A DNA stretch of 64,000 nucleotides from Candidatus Woesearchaeota archaeon. Lineage in GTDB: Archaea; Nanobdellota; Nanobdellia; Woesearchaeales; JAZDKJ01. The notes under the pieces are model-generated. The model was not told the DNA's origin and did no database searches. It saw nothing but the letters and a program-made list of their open reading frames with translations. The stretch spans positions 64,001-128,000 of the forward strand of contig JAZDKJ010000006.1 in the NCBI GenBank assembly GCA_043803105.1, in the 5' to 3' direction. Shown piece by piece: positions 35,628 through 47,600 of the stretch; position 1 is the stretch's first letter, and every line of letters begins with the position of its first letter. A program made the translations under genes and the position numbers.

Positions 35628-38600
35628 GGCAATTGTCTTCATTGGTTTGTTTGTAATCCTTGCCGCTCTCTCCTATAGCGAAGAATCCATTTTTACAGAC
35701 AAGTTCGAATATCAAGCTGGAGAAACCGTGAACATCTTTATAGGTGCAAACCTAAGCCCAGCGTTAGAGCTGGACATAATCTTTTCAGGCCAGCTCTTTA
35801 CTTTCAGTAGTACCAACAATTCTCGCTACGCATTTAAGCCCAGGACTGCCGGCGAATATTTTGTTACGCTCGTGAACCTGAGTTCCAACAGGTCTGTTGC
35901 AGTGATCTCATTTAAATTACTTGGTCAATCGCTAAGATGGGTTCGATGCACAGACCATGCGTCCTATAATATTGCTGACCGCGTCTTAATTGCTTTTAAT
36001 TCCTCAATAATAGATCTCAACCTTTCAGTTGGTGATAGAACTTATCAGTTTGCAGGAGACCTGGAAAAGCCTGTAATGTTTCGCCCTTTGTTTCCTGGGG
36101 CCTATTTGGTCCAGGCAACTGATCACACTGGTGAAAGTCTATTCTGCAATTTTTCAGTCTCTGGAAATCAGTCTGTGGTAGGGCCGCAAATTCTGAACAA
36201 TACACATTTTGTTTCCCCACCACGCTTCAAATTGCACGACTCAAGAAAGCATGAGCTTCTTGTACTCAACTATTCGATAAATTCTTCAGAGGCTGTTGTC
36301 TTGCCGCTAAACTCCTTTGCAAAGAAGATTGTTTTTCACGGGCTTCATAACAGCACGAACTTGTCCCTTGGTTTGGATGAGGTGTCTGGTTCCGTGCCCT
36401 CTCCATCAGGTGTTCGTTGGAAGCGCGTTTTTGCCATCGATCCTTCAAATCTAAATTTTACCTCCGCTCTCGTCACGCTCAGGGCACAAGGCAAGGCCCT
36501 ATACAAATGCAGAGAGTGGGACTTCTCTAGACAACAATGCCTAGGTTCATGGGAAAAGGTTAAGGACATAACCCCGGGCATTGACTACAACATTACTCTT
36601 GGTCCAGAAGATCCAGGCTATGCTGAGGCAGAAATCAATATCATAAACGTGCAGAGCTATCCTCAGGTTGGAGGCACATGGACTGTAATGTTCACCACTG
36701 TCGGTTCTGCTGACCTGGTTATTACGCCCATAAATGGAACCACATGGAATGGTCCTGGCCAAGACCTGATGTTTATGGAAATACGGTGTGGCGAATCTCC
36801 GCTTTCTTTTAGCTGGATAAACAACTCAGTTGTTGTCTCAAACTTTTCCTGCAATGATACAGCTTATGAGGTGAGTAAGGTTCTGACTTCAGGCAAGCAC
36901 CTGCTAGAATTTTCTTTTGGTGCCAGCAAGGCTTATGCTAGGAACGCTGCAGGAGATGGTTACCTGATCATGCTCTGGGATAAGGCAACCATTCCAACTA
37001 ACTGGACCTGCATATCCTGTACTTCCACCAGCCCGTTTTATCAGAGGTTGCCACGTGGCAACAGTACCTATGGTGCACCAAGCGGTTCTGCAACTCACAC
37101 CCATGCAGTCTCATTATTGTCTATAAGTTATGCCTCTTCCACTGTTTTTGGTGGCGAGACCAATACGGATGCCACTTCAACAACCCATACTCATGCAGTT
37201 GCATCCCAGACCTCCAGCTCTGCTTCGAGCCTGCCGAGATATCGCAACCTAAAGTTTATTATGTACAACTATAAGGTTCCTAAGACTCTGCCTGCAGGCA
37301 TTATCGGCCTTTTCAACTCTTCTCCACCTGCATTTTGGACTTTGTATTCCAAAGAGGATGGCTACTTTATTATGGGTGAGAACACTACCTCGACAGGAGG
37401 GGCAAACAGCCACAACCACACTGTCTCGTCATTCAGTCTTGACGCGACCGGCGACCTTGCAGGTAGGGTCTGGACAAACCAAGCGGGAGATGATGCTCGC
37501 GCAAATCACCAGCACACTGTAAGTCCTCCAACTTCTCAGAGTGCAAGCACTATGCCACCTTATATTCATGTTATCTTAGCCAATCTTTCAAAGGATTCTC
37601 CTTTGCCAATTGGTTTGATTGGTATGTTTAATGACACCCCATCAGCCTATTGGAGTCTGCTTTCAAGCTTAGGAGGAAAGTTTTCCGGCAAGTTTATTGT
37701 GGGAAATTCCACAGCGTACGGAAAAACCAGTTCTTCGCAATCGCATGCTCATGCAAATTACTTTTTTGCTTCTGGAGCAGCCACAACCAATAGGTTAAGC
37801 AGGTCAAGCGGCACTGTTGTTGCCAGTGATTCTCATACCCACAATGTGACCTTGAGTTTCACTAATGTTACAAATCTGCCGCCATACATCAATGTGATAT
37901 TTTCTTGGTCAAGGGCAGGTTGGGCCTATCCTAACGTGACGCAAATCACACCCGCTCCCGATTATGTGGATTCTGCCACCTCGCCAACAATACAGGTGAA
38001 TTTTACCTGCCGGATTACTGATGACTATGATGCCAAGAACCTTTCCTTGTATCTCACCAACAACAATAACCGGAGCATTAAGCTTAATGAAACATGTCTT
38101 ATCCCTTCTGTTAACGGTAGCTGCTCCTGGATAAAGGGCCTTCGCACAGGTAACTACACCTGGAACTGCGAGGGTTTTGATGAGACTGGTCTTGGCTCCT
38201 TCACCAAGAACAGGACGGTAAGGTTGCTCTGGGCAAACTCAAAGCCGCCCATAATCACAATTACAAGGCCTAAGAACAACACCTTTTCCAAGAATCCGGT
38301 AATCCTGAACCTCACCACTGACGAGGATGCTGTTTGCAGGTACTCAACAACAAGCACGTTTAGCTTTGCCGCAGGCACGCTCTTCTCAAAGACTGGAACA
38401 ACCATTCACGGCACAAACCTTGGAACCCTCTCAAACTCAACAACATATGTCTATTACGTGAAATGTAATGACACAGTCGGAAATGTGAATAATGTCTCAA
38501 ACCAGGCTGCTGTGCAGTTCACTGTGGACAACAAGCCGCCGAGGATTACCCTGAACATTCCTGTAAACGGTTATAACACTACTTCGGAGATAGTCAATTT

Positions 38601-41600
38601 TACCTGGACAACTTATGACGCGCTTGATACGAACATCACCTGCAACCTCACTCTCGACTCTGCTGTCATTTCTGCCTCAAAATACTCTCCAAACAACTCT
38701 AAGACTTCTATCGTCTCCTCTGTGACAGAGAAGATCCATCAATGGAATGTCTCTTGCTGGGATTCTGCAGGTAACCGAAATACAAGCAGCACAAGCATCT
38801 TCACAAGGCGCATTATCAAGGCAGTCCTTAGGGTGCAGACCAGGAACTACACTTACAAGCAGAACAAGGCAGTGAACCTTACCACACGGAAAGTCTATGA
38901 CTCAGGGGACTTGGAGCCATCCACTGTTTTGGTAACTTCATACAACAGGACAGGCACAGTTGAATACAATTTCACAAGTTATTCTGCCAAGGGCCACAGC
39001 GCTTTTTACAGCGATTCCGCAGGCAGCCAGCCTCCTGCTTCCGGTCCTTCAATAAACGGCGAGGCTGTGTTCACAGCAGCAGCTTACAACGCTTTGAATA
39101 AGTCCGATGATTCGCGCGCAGATTTTGGCAACGTGAACGATTTCAGGAGCCATAGGTTTCAATTTCGCATAAATGAAACCTCAGCCATAATGACAAAACT
39201 TGGCTTCTATTACGAGGGCTATGATGCAGGTGGCGATGTCTATCCGCTACAGTTCTTCCTCTGGGATTTTTCACAGCAGAGCTGGGTCTACCTTGGAGAG
39301 CATTTATCCTATACAACAGACGGTATAATCACCGCAACAAAGAGTTCCAGTCTTGCAAGCTATGTAAATTCGAGCCATTACCTGGACATCGCTGTCGTGA
39401 CAGGCAATCCTGGAAGCGCAAAGACTCTCTACACTGATTATGTTTACGTGAACGTTACCAAGCATGACGAGCTGGACGGTGACGCCTCTTCCGGTTTCAC
39501 CAACTACTCAAATGTTATTGCGGGTAACTTTACCAAGTTGCTTGATGCTTATGTGAGGCTCCAGGTTACTGCCTATAACGCATCTGGCTCAAAGAACGCC
39601 TCAAACACATACCCTGATATTGAGATACAGCTTTACGATGGTTCAAAGTTTGGATACTCATACCGCTGCAACCTCACCGGCAGCCTTGGTCTAAGCTCAA
39701 AGCAGCCAACAAACTGCTCAGTGCACGTTGTCAACTCGACTATTGTTACAGCTTGGACAAACTCTTCAAACAGGAGGGTCAGGGTCAGGGCTGTCAACCT
39801 TGACAGTACCACCAAGGCCAGCGACTTGATTAGCTGGAATGGTTTTTTTGTCAGGCTCGAATCTCCATCTGAGCTTCAGAACTACGGAGACCTGAACCTG
39901 ACCGGAAGGCTGATCATTCAAGTCAAGAATTCTACCGGCAGGGTGCTTGGCGTGCTTTATAACCAGTCTATTAAGGTGAGATACAACTCCAGCCTGAATT
40001 TTTCCGGTCTTCCCATATCTTGGAACACTGATTCTTATCCCTTGGGCATGTATAGGGTTTATGCAGGATTGTTCAACGCCTCCAATGGCATGATCCGAAA
40101 CTATGATGGCACCTTTGTCAACGACACCTCACCCTTTGTGATAGATTACCTGAGAATAACTGCGCAGTCCCCAACAAACAGGTCAGTGGTTGATGCAACT
40201 AGCTTTTGGGCAAACTTGACCTTAAGCTACCTGAGCTATAAGAGCGGCGGTTGGTGTGCCTATTCCATGGATAACAAGCCCAATGTTTCCATGCGCAACA
40301 ACTCGGCAACACATTTTTTTAATCGAACCTCAAATATCTCTGTCGGCCAGCACAGCATTCGCTTCTTCTGTAACGATACCCAGAAGGATATCTCCTCATC
40401 ACTGAAGATATATTTCAATGGCACTGACCAGACAGGCCCCCAGGTTCTCCTCACGTCGCCAGCAAATGAAGCCGAGGAGACTGACGGAAACGTTAGCTTC
40501 TTCTACAATGTAACAGACCTTGTGTCAGGGATTAAGAATTGCACCCTGGAATTCAATTTCGCCCCTGAAGCGACAAAGACCAGCATTCAGGAAGCCAAGA
40601 ATCTTAATTTTTCGATGGCAGAGATTCCAAACGGCGGTCCATATTACTGGCGCGTGTACTGCTATGACAATTCTCCCGCCAGAAACATCGGTTACTCATC
40701 ATATAGGAGTTTCATCATTGGAACTGATACAGATAAGCCAGTTGTCACCCTGAGCGACCCTGTGGACGGCTACAACACCTCCAATAATGACTTACCCCTC
40801 ATATACAGGGTGTATGACCCCACCACAGGAATCAAGAACTGCACCCTTGTGCTCAACAACAAGAAGAACGAAACAAGGACAAACATAATCCAGCAGGGCT
40901 TCCCATACAAATACAACAACTTTACTCTCCAGAACCTTGGTGACGGAAATTACACCTGGAGTGTGAACTGCACTGATACATCTTCTGCCCATAACCAGGG
41001 CAATTCCTCAACATGGCGTTTTACCGTGAACCGTGACACAGACTTTCCAATTGTTTACCTGGTCTTGCCAGCGGATAATTATACATCCAGTTCAGGCGCC
41101 ATGGACTTTTATTTTAATGTAACAGACTTTTCATCAGGAATTGCAAACTGCAGCCTGCTGATTAATGGGACAGTCAACTCAACTATCGACAATGTTACCG
41201 AAGGAATCCTGCAGCATTTGTATGTTCCGGGCTTTAAGGACGGAAGCTACGTTTGGCAGGTGAACTGCACTGACGATTCTTATGATACCAACACTAATAC
41301 CTCTGCGCACCTTCACTTCAATGTTGAGCGTCTCATGAATATGCGGCTCATTATGACAGCTTTCATGGCTGAGTACCAAAAAGGTAGCCAATTGAACGAG
41401 ACTGTGAACATTACTGCCCTTCTCTACGACCTTGTGGGTTACCCCCTAAGCGGCATGGTGGATTCTGATTTCATCAAGGCAAATACATCTGTCAAGTGGT
41501 GGAATTCTTCCTGGCAGCGCAGAAAGCCCATATACCTGAACAACTCTGTGCCATACAACAAGCCGAATTATCTCGTTGAAGTGAACATCACAGGCTTATC

Positions 41601-44600
41601 GAGCTTTATCCGTAACTGCACAAAGGAGATAAGGATTGTTGACATACATAATATAGAGGTGCCAAGCCAGGTTATTTCAGGCAATGACCTGACCTGGTGC
41701 TCAGTTGCTTTCAAGGCAAATGTTTCTGCCAGCGCAGTAAATGAGAACAGGTATTTTGCCTACCATAATTACACCTTGGCTACAAAGCCAAGCTACAAGA
41801 CCATTGCCCTGAAGGGTTGGCGAACCTACAACTTTTCCAATCGTGCCGTATTTGGCCACCATGCTTACAACAGCAACAATCCTTCGGATGGTGGCCCGCA
41901 GCCACCGAATATTGGGCCTGCCTTGAACAATGAAGTCGAATTTACCCCTCAGCAGTATTCAGACGTGCAGTTCTCTGACAATTCAAGGGCTACCTCAGGT
42001 ACTGTAAACACTGAGCGCAGCCATCGTTTTGTCTTCAACATCTCAGCCAATGCCTCAGACGCAGATTCCATAACCTTTGTCTGGGAGGGTTATACCACAG
42101 GCTCTGGCCCTAGCGTTGTTCTTTACCTTTGGAATTATTCCAGCTCTGCCTGGGTTCAATTTGGCACTCATAGCATTACCTCTGATAGGAACCTTTCCAA
42201 CTCTCTTAACGGCACTTCCCTTTCTTCTTTCGTGCATAACAATCTTTTGCATATTGCTGCAGTCTCTGATGACCCCTCAAATGCTCAGACCTTGTACACT
42301 GATTTTGTGCAGGCAAAAGTGCTAACAAATACAGTCACGAACAACTCCAAGGTCGGTTCAACTGAAGTATTTGTCGCAAGGCTTGCGAACAGCACAGGTT
42401 CAGATGGCATCCTCAAGATGAACCTCAGCACTGATTTCATGGAACTAGGATTCTTCAGCGTTGTCGGCTTGGCATCAACCTCAAGCTATTTCAACACCAC
42501 AAACCACACGCATTACACGGTTGCGATTGACCACACCAGCCCCCAGGTGTTGCTGAAAAAGCCGATAGACCTTAATATTAGCTACGTAAGCGACATCTCT
42601 CTTTTCTTCAATGTCACAGACCTGCTTTCAGGGATAAAGAACTGCTCTCTTATACTGAACAACAAGGTTAACCTGACCAACACCACAGTCTCTGAAGGCT
42701 CAACAATTGGATTCTCGCTCTATAATCTTGCAAACGGTGATTATAATTGGACTGTCAATTGCACTGATGATTCATCGCTGCAGAACCGAGGTACTGCTGC
42801 AAAGCGCAAGTTCACAATCGCAAAGGATACGGTTGCTCCAATTGCTAGTCTCAAGAATCCAAGCCCTGGTTGGACTGATGCAAACGGCAACATTACGCTT
42901 TTCTTCAATGTTACAGACAACCTGATGCCGACTGCTGATTGTACGCTGTATTTCAACAGCTCAAGAAACGAGACCAAGCAGGGCCTGCAGACCGGTGCGC
43001 ACACGCATAACTTCACCCTGACCGGTTTGAATAACGGCTTTTATTCATGGTTTGTTAACTGTTCCGATACATCATCCCAGCGAAATTATGCCTCTTCCCA
43101 AACCTGGAACTTCTCGGTGACTATTGACTTTGCCACTCCACTCATTAAACTCAGGTTTCCCCACAATGCGACCCAGCTGACAAACGAGAACATAACCTTT
43201 GCTTACAATGTGACTGACGCCCTCTTTAACGTCTCCAACTGCTCGCTTTACCTTAATGGAGAGCTGGACCAGACCAATATTACCATTAAGGAGCTTGCAA
43301 ATAACACCTTCCGTTACTTTTACATGGCTGGCCCATACAACTGGTCTGTCTATTGCATTGACAGTTCAGAGAATGCCAATGCTGTGATGTCTGACATTTG
43401 GGAGTTTCTTGTAGCGCCAGACAACGATGGCCCTCTGGTGAATCCTGTTTTCCCACCTGACAGTATTGAGCTTAGCGAGGGGAACATAACATTCTATTAC
43501 AATGTCTCTGATTTTGCCTCAGATGTTGAGAACTGCAGCCTGTTCATAAATCAAACAGGGATGGCATTCTCTTCAAACATTGCTGAGGGCATAAAGCAGA
43601 ACCTCAGCGTTGTCCTGCAGAACGGCAGCTATTATTGGATTGTTAACTGCACTGACAATTCGGAGAATCACAATACTGGCGCGTCGGCCGCAAGAAAGCT
43701 CACCATCGGCCTTGACCGCACCGGCCCTACTGTAACCTTGTTAAGCCCTGTTCCTCCTTACAATGACACTGATGGCAACGTGCTCTTGCAGTATAGCGTT
43801 ATCGACTATGCCTCAGGGGTAAGGAATTGCAGTCTTTTCATCAACGACAAGGTGAATGCCACCAACTCAACAATAGCTGAATCTGAGAATCTCCATTTCA
43901 GGCTAAGCACGCTCTCAAACGGCTTCTATACATGGCATATGAACTGCACCGACACATCCTCTCTCGCGAACACCGGAAAATCGCTGAAGTGGAATTTTAC
44001 CGTGACCCTGGACAACGAAGGCCCAGCCGTCAACCTTGTCTTGCCTGATGATTATGCTACAGACACTGACGGCAATAGGATTTTCTACTACTCTGTGGAT
44101 GATGTTATATCAGGCATAGTCAATTGCAGTTTAGTCATCAACAATAAACTAAACCTAACCAACAGTTCCCGCATAATCGAAAATGCTTTGTCGAACTTCA
44201 CCATCACTGGCCTCGGTACTGGCCAGTACAATTGGTCTGTGAACTGTACAGACAATTCTGACAATCATAATCGCAAAGGTGCACAGACTCGCCATCTGAC
44301 AGTTGTGGTTGATGCGACAGCACCGGTTGTTGAACTCATTTCGCCTTCAGACCTCACTGCTGACAATGACGGCAATCGCACCTTCTACTTCAATGTGACT
44401 GACTCTTTGACCAATGTCTCTTCCTGCACGCTGCATGTTGGTCCGTATACTTATATCAACACCTCACTGCTCCAAGGGCTAACCCAATCATTCAAGCTCT
44501 CCGCAATGTCTAACGGTGTCTATCGCTGGAACATTTCTTGTGTTGACAGCTCAGAAAACCAAAATAACGGGATTTCAGGGTCGCGTACCTTGACTGTCAG

Positions 44601-47600
44601 GATTGACCTAAGCCCTCCTTTAGTCACATTGAAGCTTCCCTTGAATTATACCCAGAGCTTTAGCAATGATGTTGTCTTCACCTTCAATGTTACCGATGTT
44701 TCGCCCCTAAAGAATTGTAGCCTGATAGCAAACAGTACCATATTGGCCTCAAACTCGACAATTGCGCGCAATGTCACGCAGGATTTTGCTCTCACAGTTC
44801 CAAGCGGCTCTTACCTCTGGAGCATAAACTGCACTGATTCCTCAGAGCACTTTCTCAAGTCCAGCTCAGAGAAGCGCGTCCTTGTTGTCGGCCCTGATGT
44901 GATAGGCCCGACTGTCCGGCTTACAAACCCCCCTAATAATGCTCAGGACACGGACGGAAACGTAATCTTTGAGTTCAATGCCTCAGACTTTGCCTCGGCG
45001 TTGAAGAATTGCAGTCTTATATTGAACGGTCACCTCAACAGGACTAAGGACAATCCCCCTGAGAACACCTACCTGAACTTCACTGTCTACAATCTTGGTA
45101 ACGGGAATTATACCTGGCAGGTAAACTGCACTGATGATTCATCGAATTTCAACACTGCAGCCTCGGAACAACGCCTTTTGGTGGTGGGTGTAGACCAGTC
45201 TCCCCCTGCCATTACTCTCTACTCGCCGGCAAATCTCTCAATCTACAACAGCAAGGACGTGGTTTTTGCCTTTATGGTTTATGACTACTCATCATCTGTG
45301 CCGAACTGCAGTCTCATCTTGAACAGCAGGTTTAACCAGTCAAAGAAGCCAGTTGTTGAGCAAGCCCCTCAGTATTTCTACTTGCAAGACCTTGCAGACG
45401 GCTTTTACAACTGGAGTGTGAACTGCACTGATAACATGTCAAACGTGGGAGCATCATCCACCTGGAAGGTAACAGTTTTCAGGCCGCGCCAACTGATTGC
45501 AGATGTATATGCAAGTGCTCCATCTTATGAGCTTGGCCTGACAGCTATTATTGTTGCAAATGTGACCAACTCCTCAAAAGGTAGTATGAACGCAACTGTC
45601 TTCTCTGATATTATCAGGGGCAATGCCACATCGCCGTGGTGGAGTTCCAGTTGGAAGCATAGGCTGCCTGTAGACATAAATTCCACAAACCTGACCCGCA
45701 AGGATTCGCTTGTCGAGCTGGCAGTCAATTTTACCAAGCTTCTGAAGACGGATATTGGCAACCTCACGGTCAGGTTTGATGCAAATTCAGTCAGGGTGGT
45801 GGAGTGGGCTTCCAACCAGTCAAAGGAGACAGTCTCCCAGTTTGACCAAGGTCCTTCCTTCAACAAGTCAAGAAATGCTATCGGCACAGTTCGCTGGATT
45901 ATGAATGGTACAACCCAGCAGAATACAATTAGAAAGTTCTATGTCTATTTTGACGTAGAGGAGAACGGCGCCAAATCACAGCCAAACTATGCAAAGCCCT
46001 CCTTCACATTCAAAGGCTCAGGCAAGAGTGTCCTTTATGACGGTGCCTCCCAATCAGCTGACCGCTTGACTATAAGGAAGTCTAACAGCTCGTTTACCCT
46101 GCAGTTCGGTAGCGGCCAGTCAAATACAAATCAGCAGAATGTGCACTTTCAGGGCGCCGGAAGCATCTGGAATATTACAGTCAACCGGACGCGGCTGACC
46201 AATTATTTTGACAGCATTGTCCCGATCTCCATTTACAACAGCTACTTCATCAATGCCAACTCATCGTCGGTTGTGCATTCGGGTGCTGTTCTTTCTGCTG
46301 TCAACATTCCAGGCTATATCAACGCAAGCCCTGGCTCTAAGGTGAACTTGAATTATTCTGTGTGGTTTACGAACGACGAAATCCGGCTTCGCGCCAATCT
46401 TGTTGCACAATTCAGCCAGGCAAACAACAACCCTGCAAGCTACTTCAACAACCTCTGGTTTGCCTACATGTTTGATTATTTGTCAAGCTGGAACTCGTTT
46501 GTGCATAGGCTGAACTCTTCAACCTATGGCCAGACCCACAACTATCACTCTCCAACAACGATGCAAGATACCACAAACCAGTTCAATGCCGGCCGCTGGT
46601 ATTCAGAGTATTGGGCTACAGTAGGCTCCCTCAACTTGTATGCAGAAAAATTCCTGCTTAATGGTGCCGCCAACACCGTTGGAGTAGTCACTTATGATGA
46701 TTATTACAATCCTGCCCAGGGAAAGCTGACTGAGTCTGACGCAGCAGGTTTTAACTACAACCAGGACAAGGCGATAGCTGCTCTTGACAAATACAACCTG
46801 ACTGTCTGGCTCGTGTTTTCCAGGAACGGTAGTTATCGTCGCGGCAGTGTATTAAGGTCAGAGCTCACCACTCCGCTCTTGATTCGACAGAGAAATCCTG
46901 AGACTCTGATGAAAAGACAGTCAGGCGTCACAGGCAGCCAGGGCTTTATTTCCTATCAGTGGGCAACCTCTGGCAATAGCCTGGGGTGGTATGCTGCAAC
47001 TATGCTTGCTAACAAGTCATTGTATTATAATGGGGCTGATTACTTCCCTTTCCAGATAACCCAGGACATAACAAAGCCGAATGTAACACTGATTAGTCCT
47101 TCGGGTTGGATCAATTATTCCTCAGTTCTCTTTACTTATAATGTCTCTGAGTCAAATCCGCTTGTTCCGAATTGTTCTCTAATCATTAACGGCAAGCTCA
47201 ATAAGACTAACAAGACAATTACCAACAATGCAAGGAATTATTTCAGGTTGTCCAACTTGGGAAATGCAGACTATAACTGGACCGTGAACTGTACTGATTA
47301 TGCAGGCAATGTTGCATCTGCTCTAACCAAAAAGATAATGATTGACACTGTAAGACCTCCCCTTAACATCTCATTCCCGCCCCAGTCAGCCCTGCTTTCA
47401 AGCACAAAAGTGGATTTCAACTTTACTGTGACTGACAATCGGGCCACCAACCTTACCTGCGAGCTGTTTGTTAATTCTGCCTTGAGGAAGACTGTTGTTG
47501 CTTTTAACAATACAAGAACAAACATGACAACCAATCTCTCTGACGGGACCTACACTTGGTATGTCCGTTGTACTGATTGGGCATCAAATCGGAACACCAG

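Noticed and set aside
36950-37910. Prophage or provirus
   Set aside because: Only fibre-like modules inside a signal-peptide protein; no capsid, terminase, portal, integrase or att sites seen.
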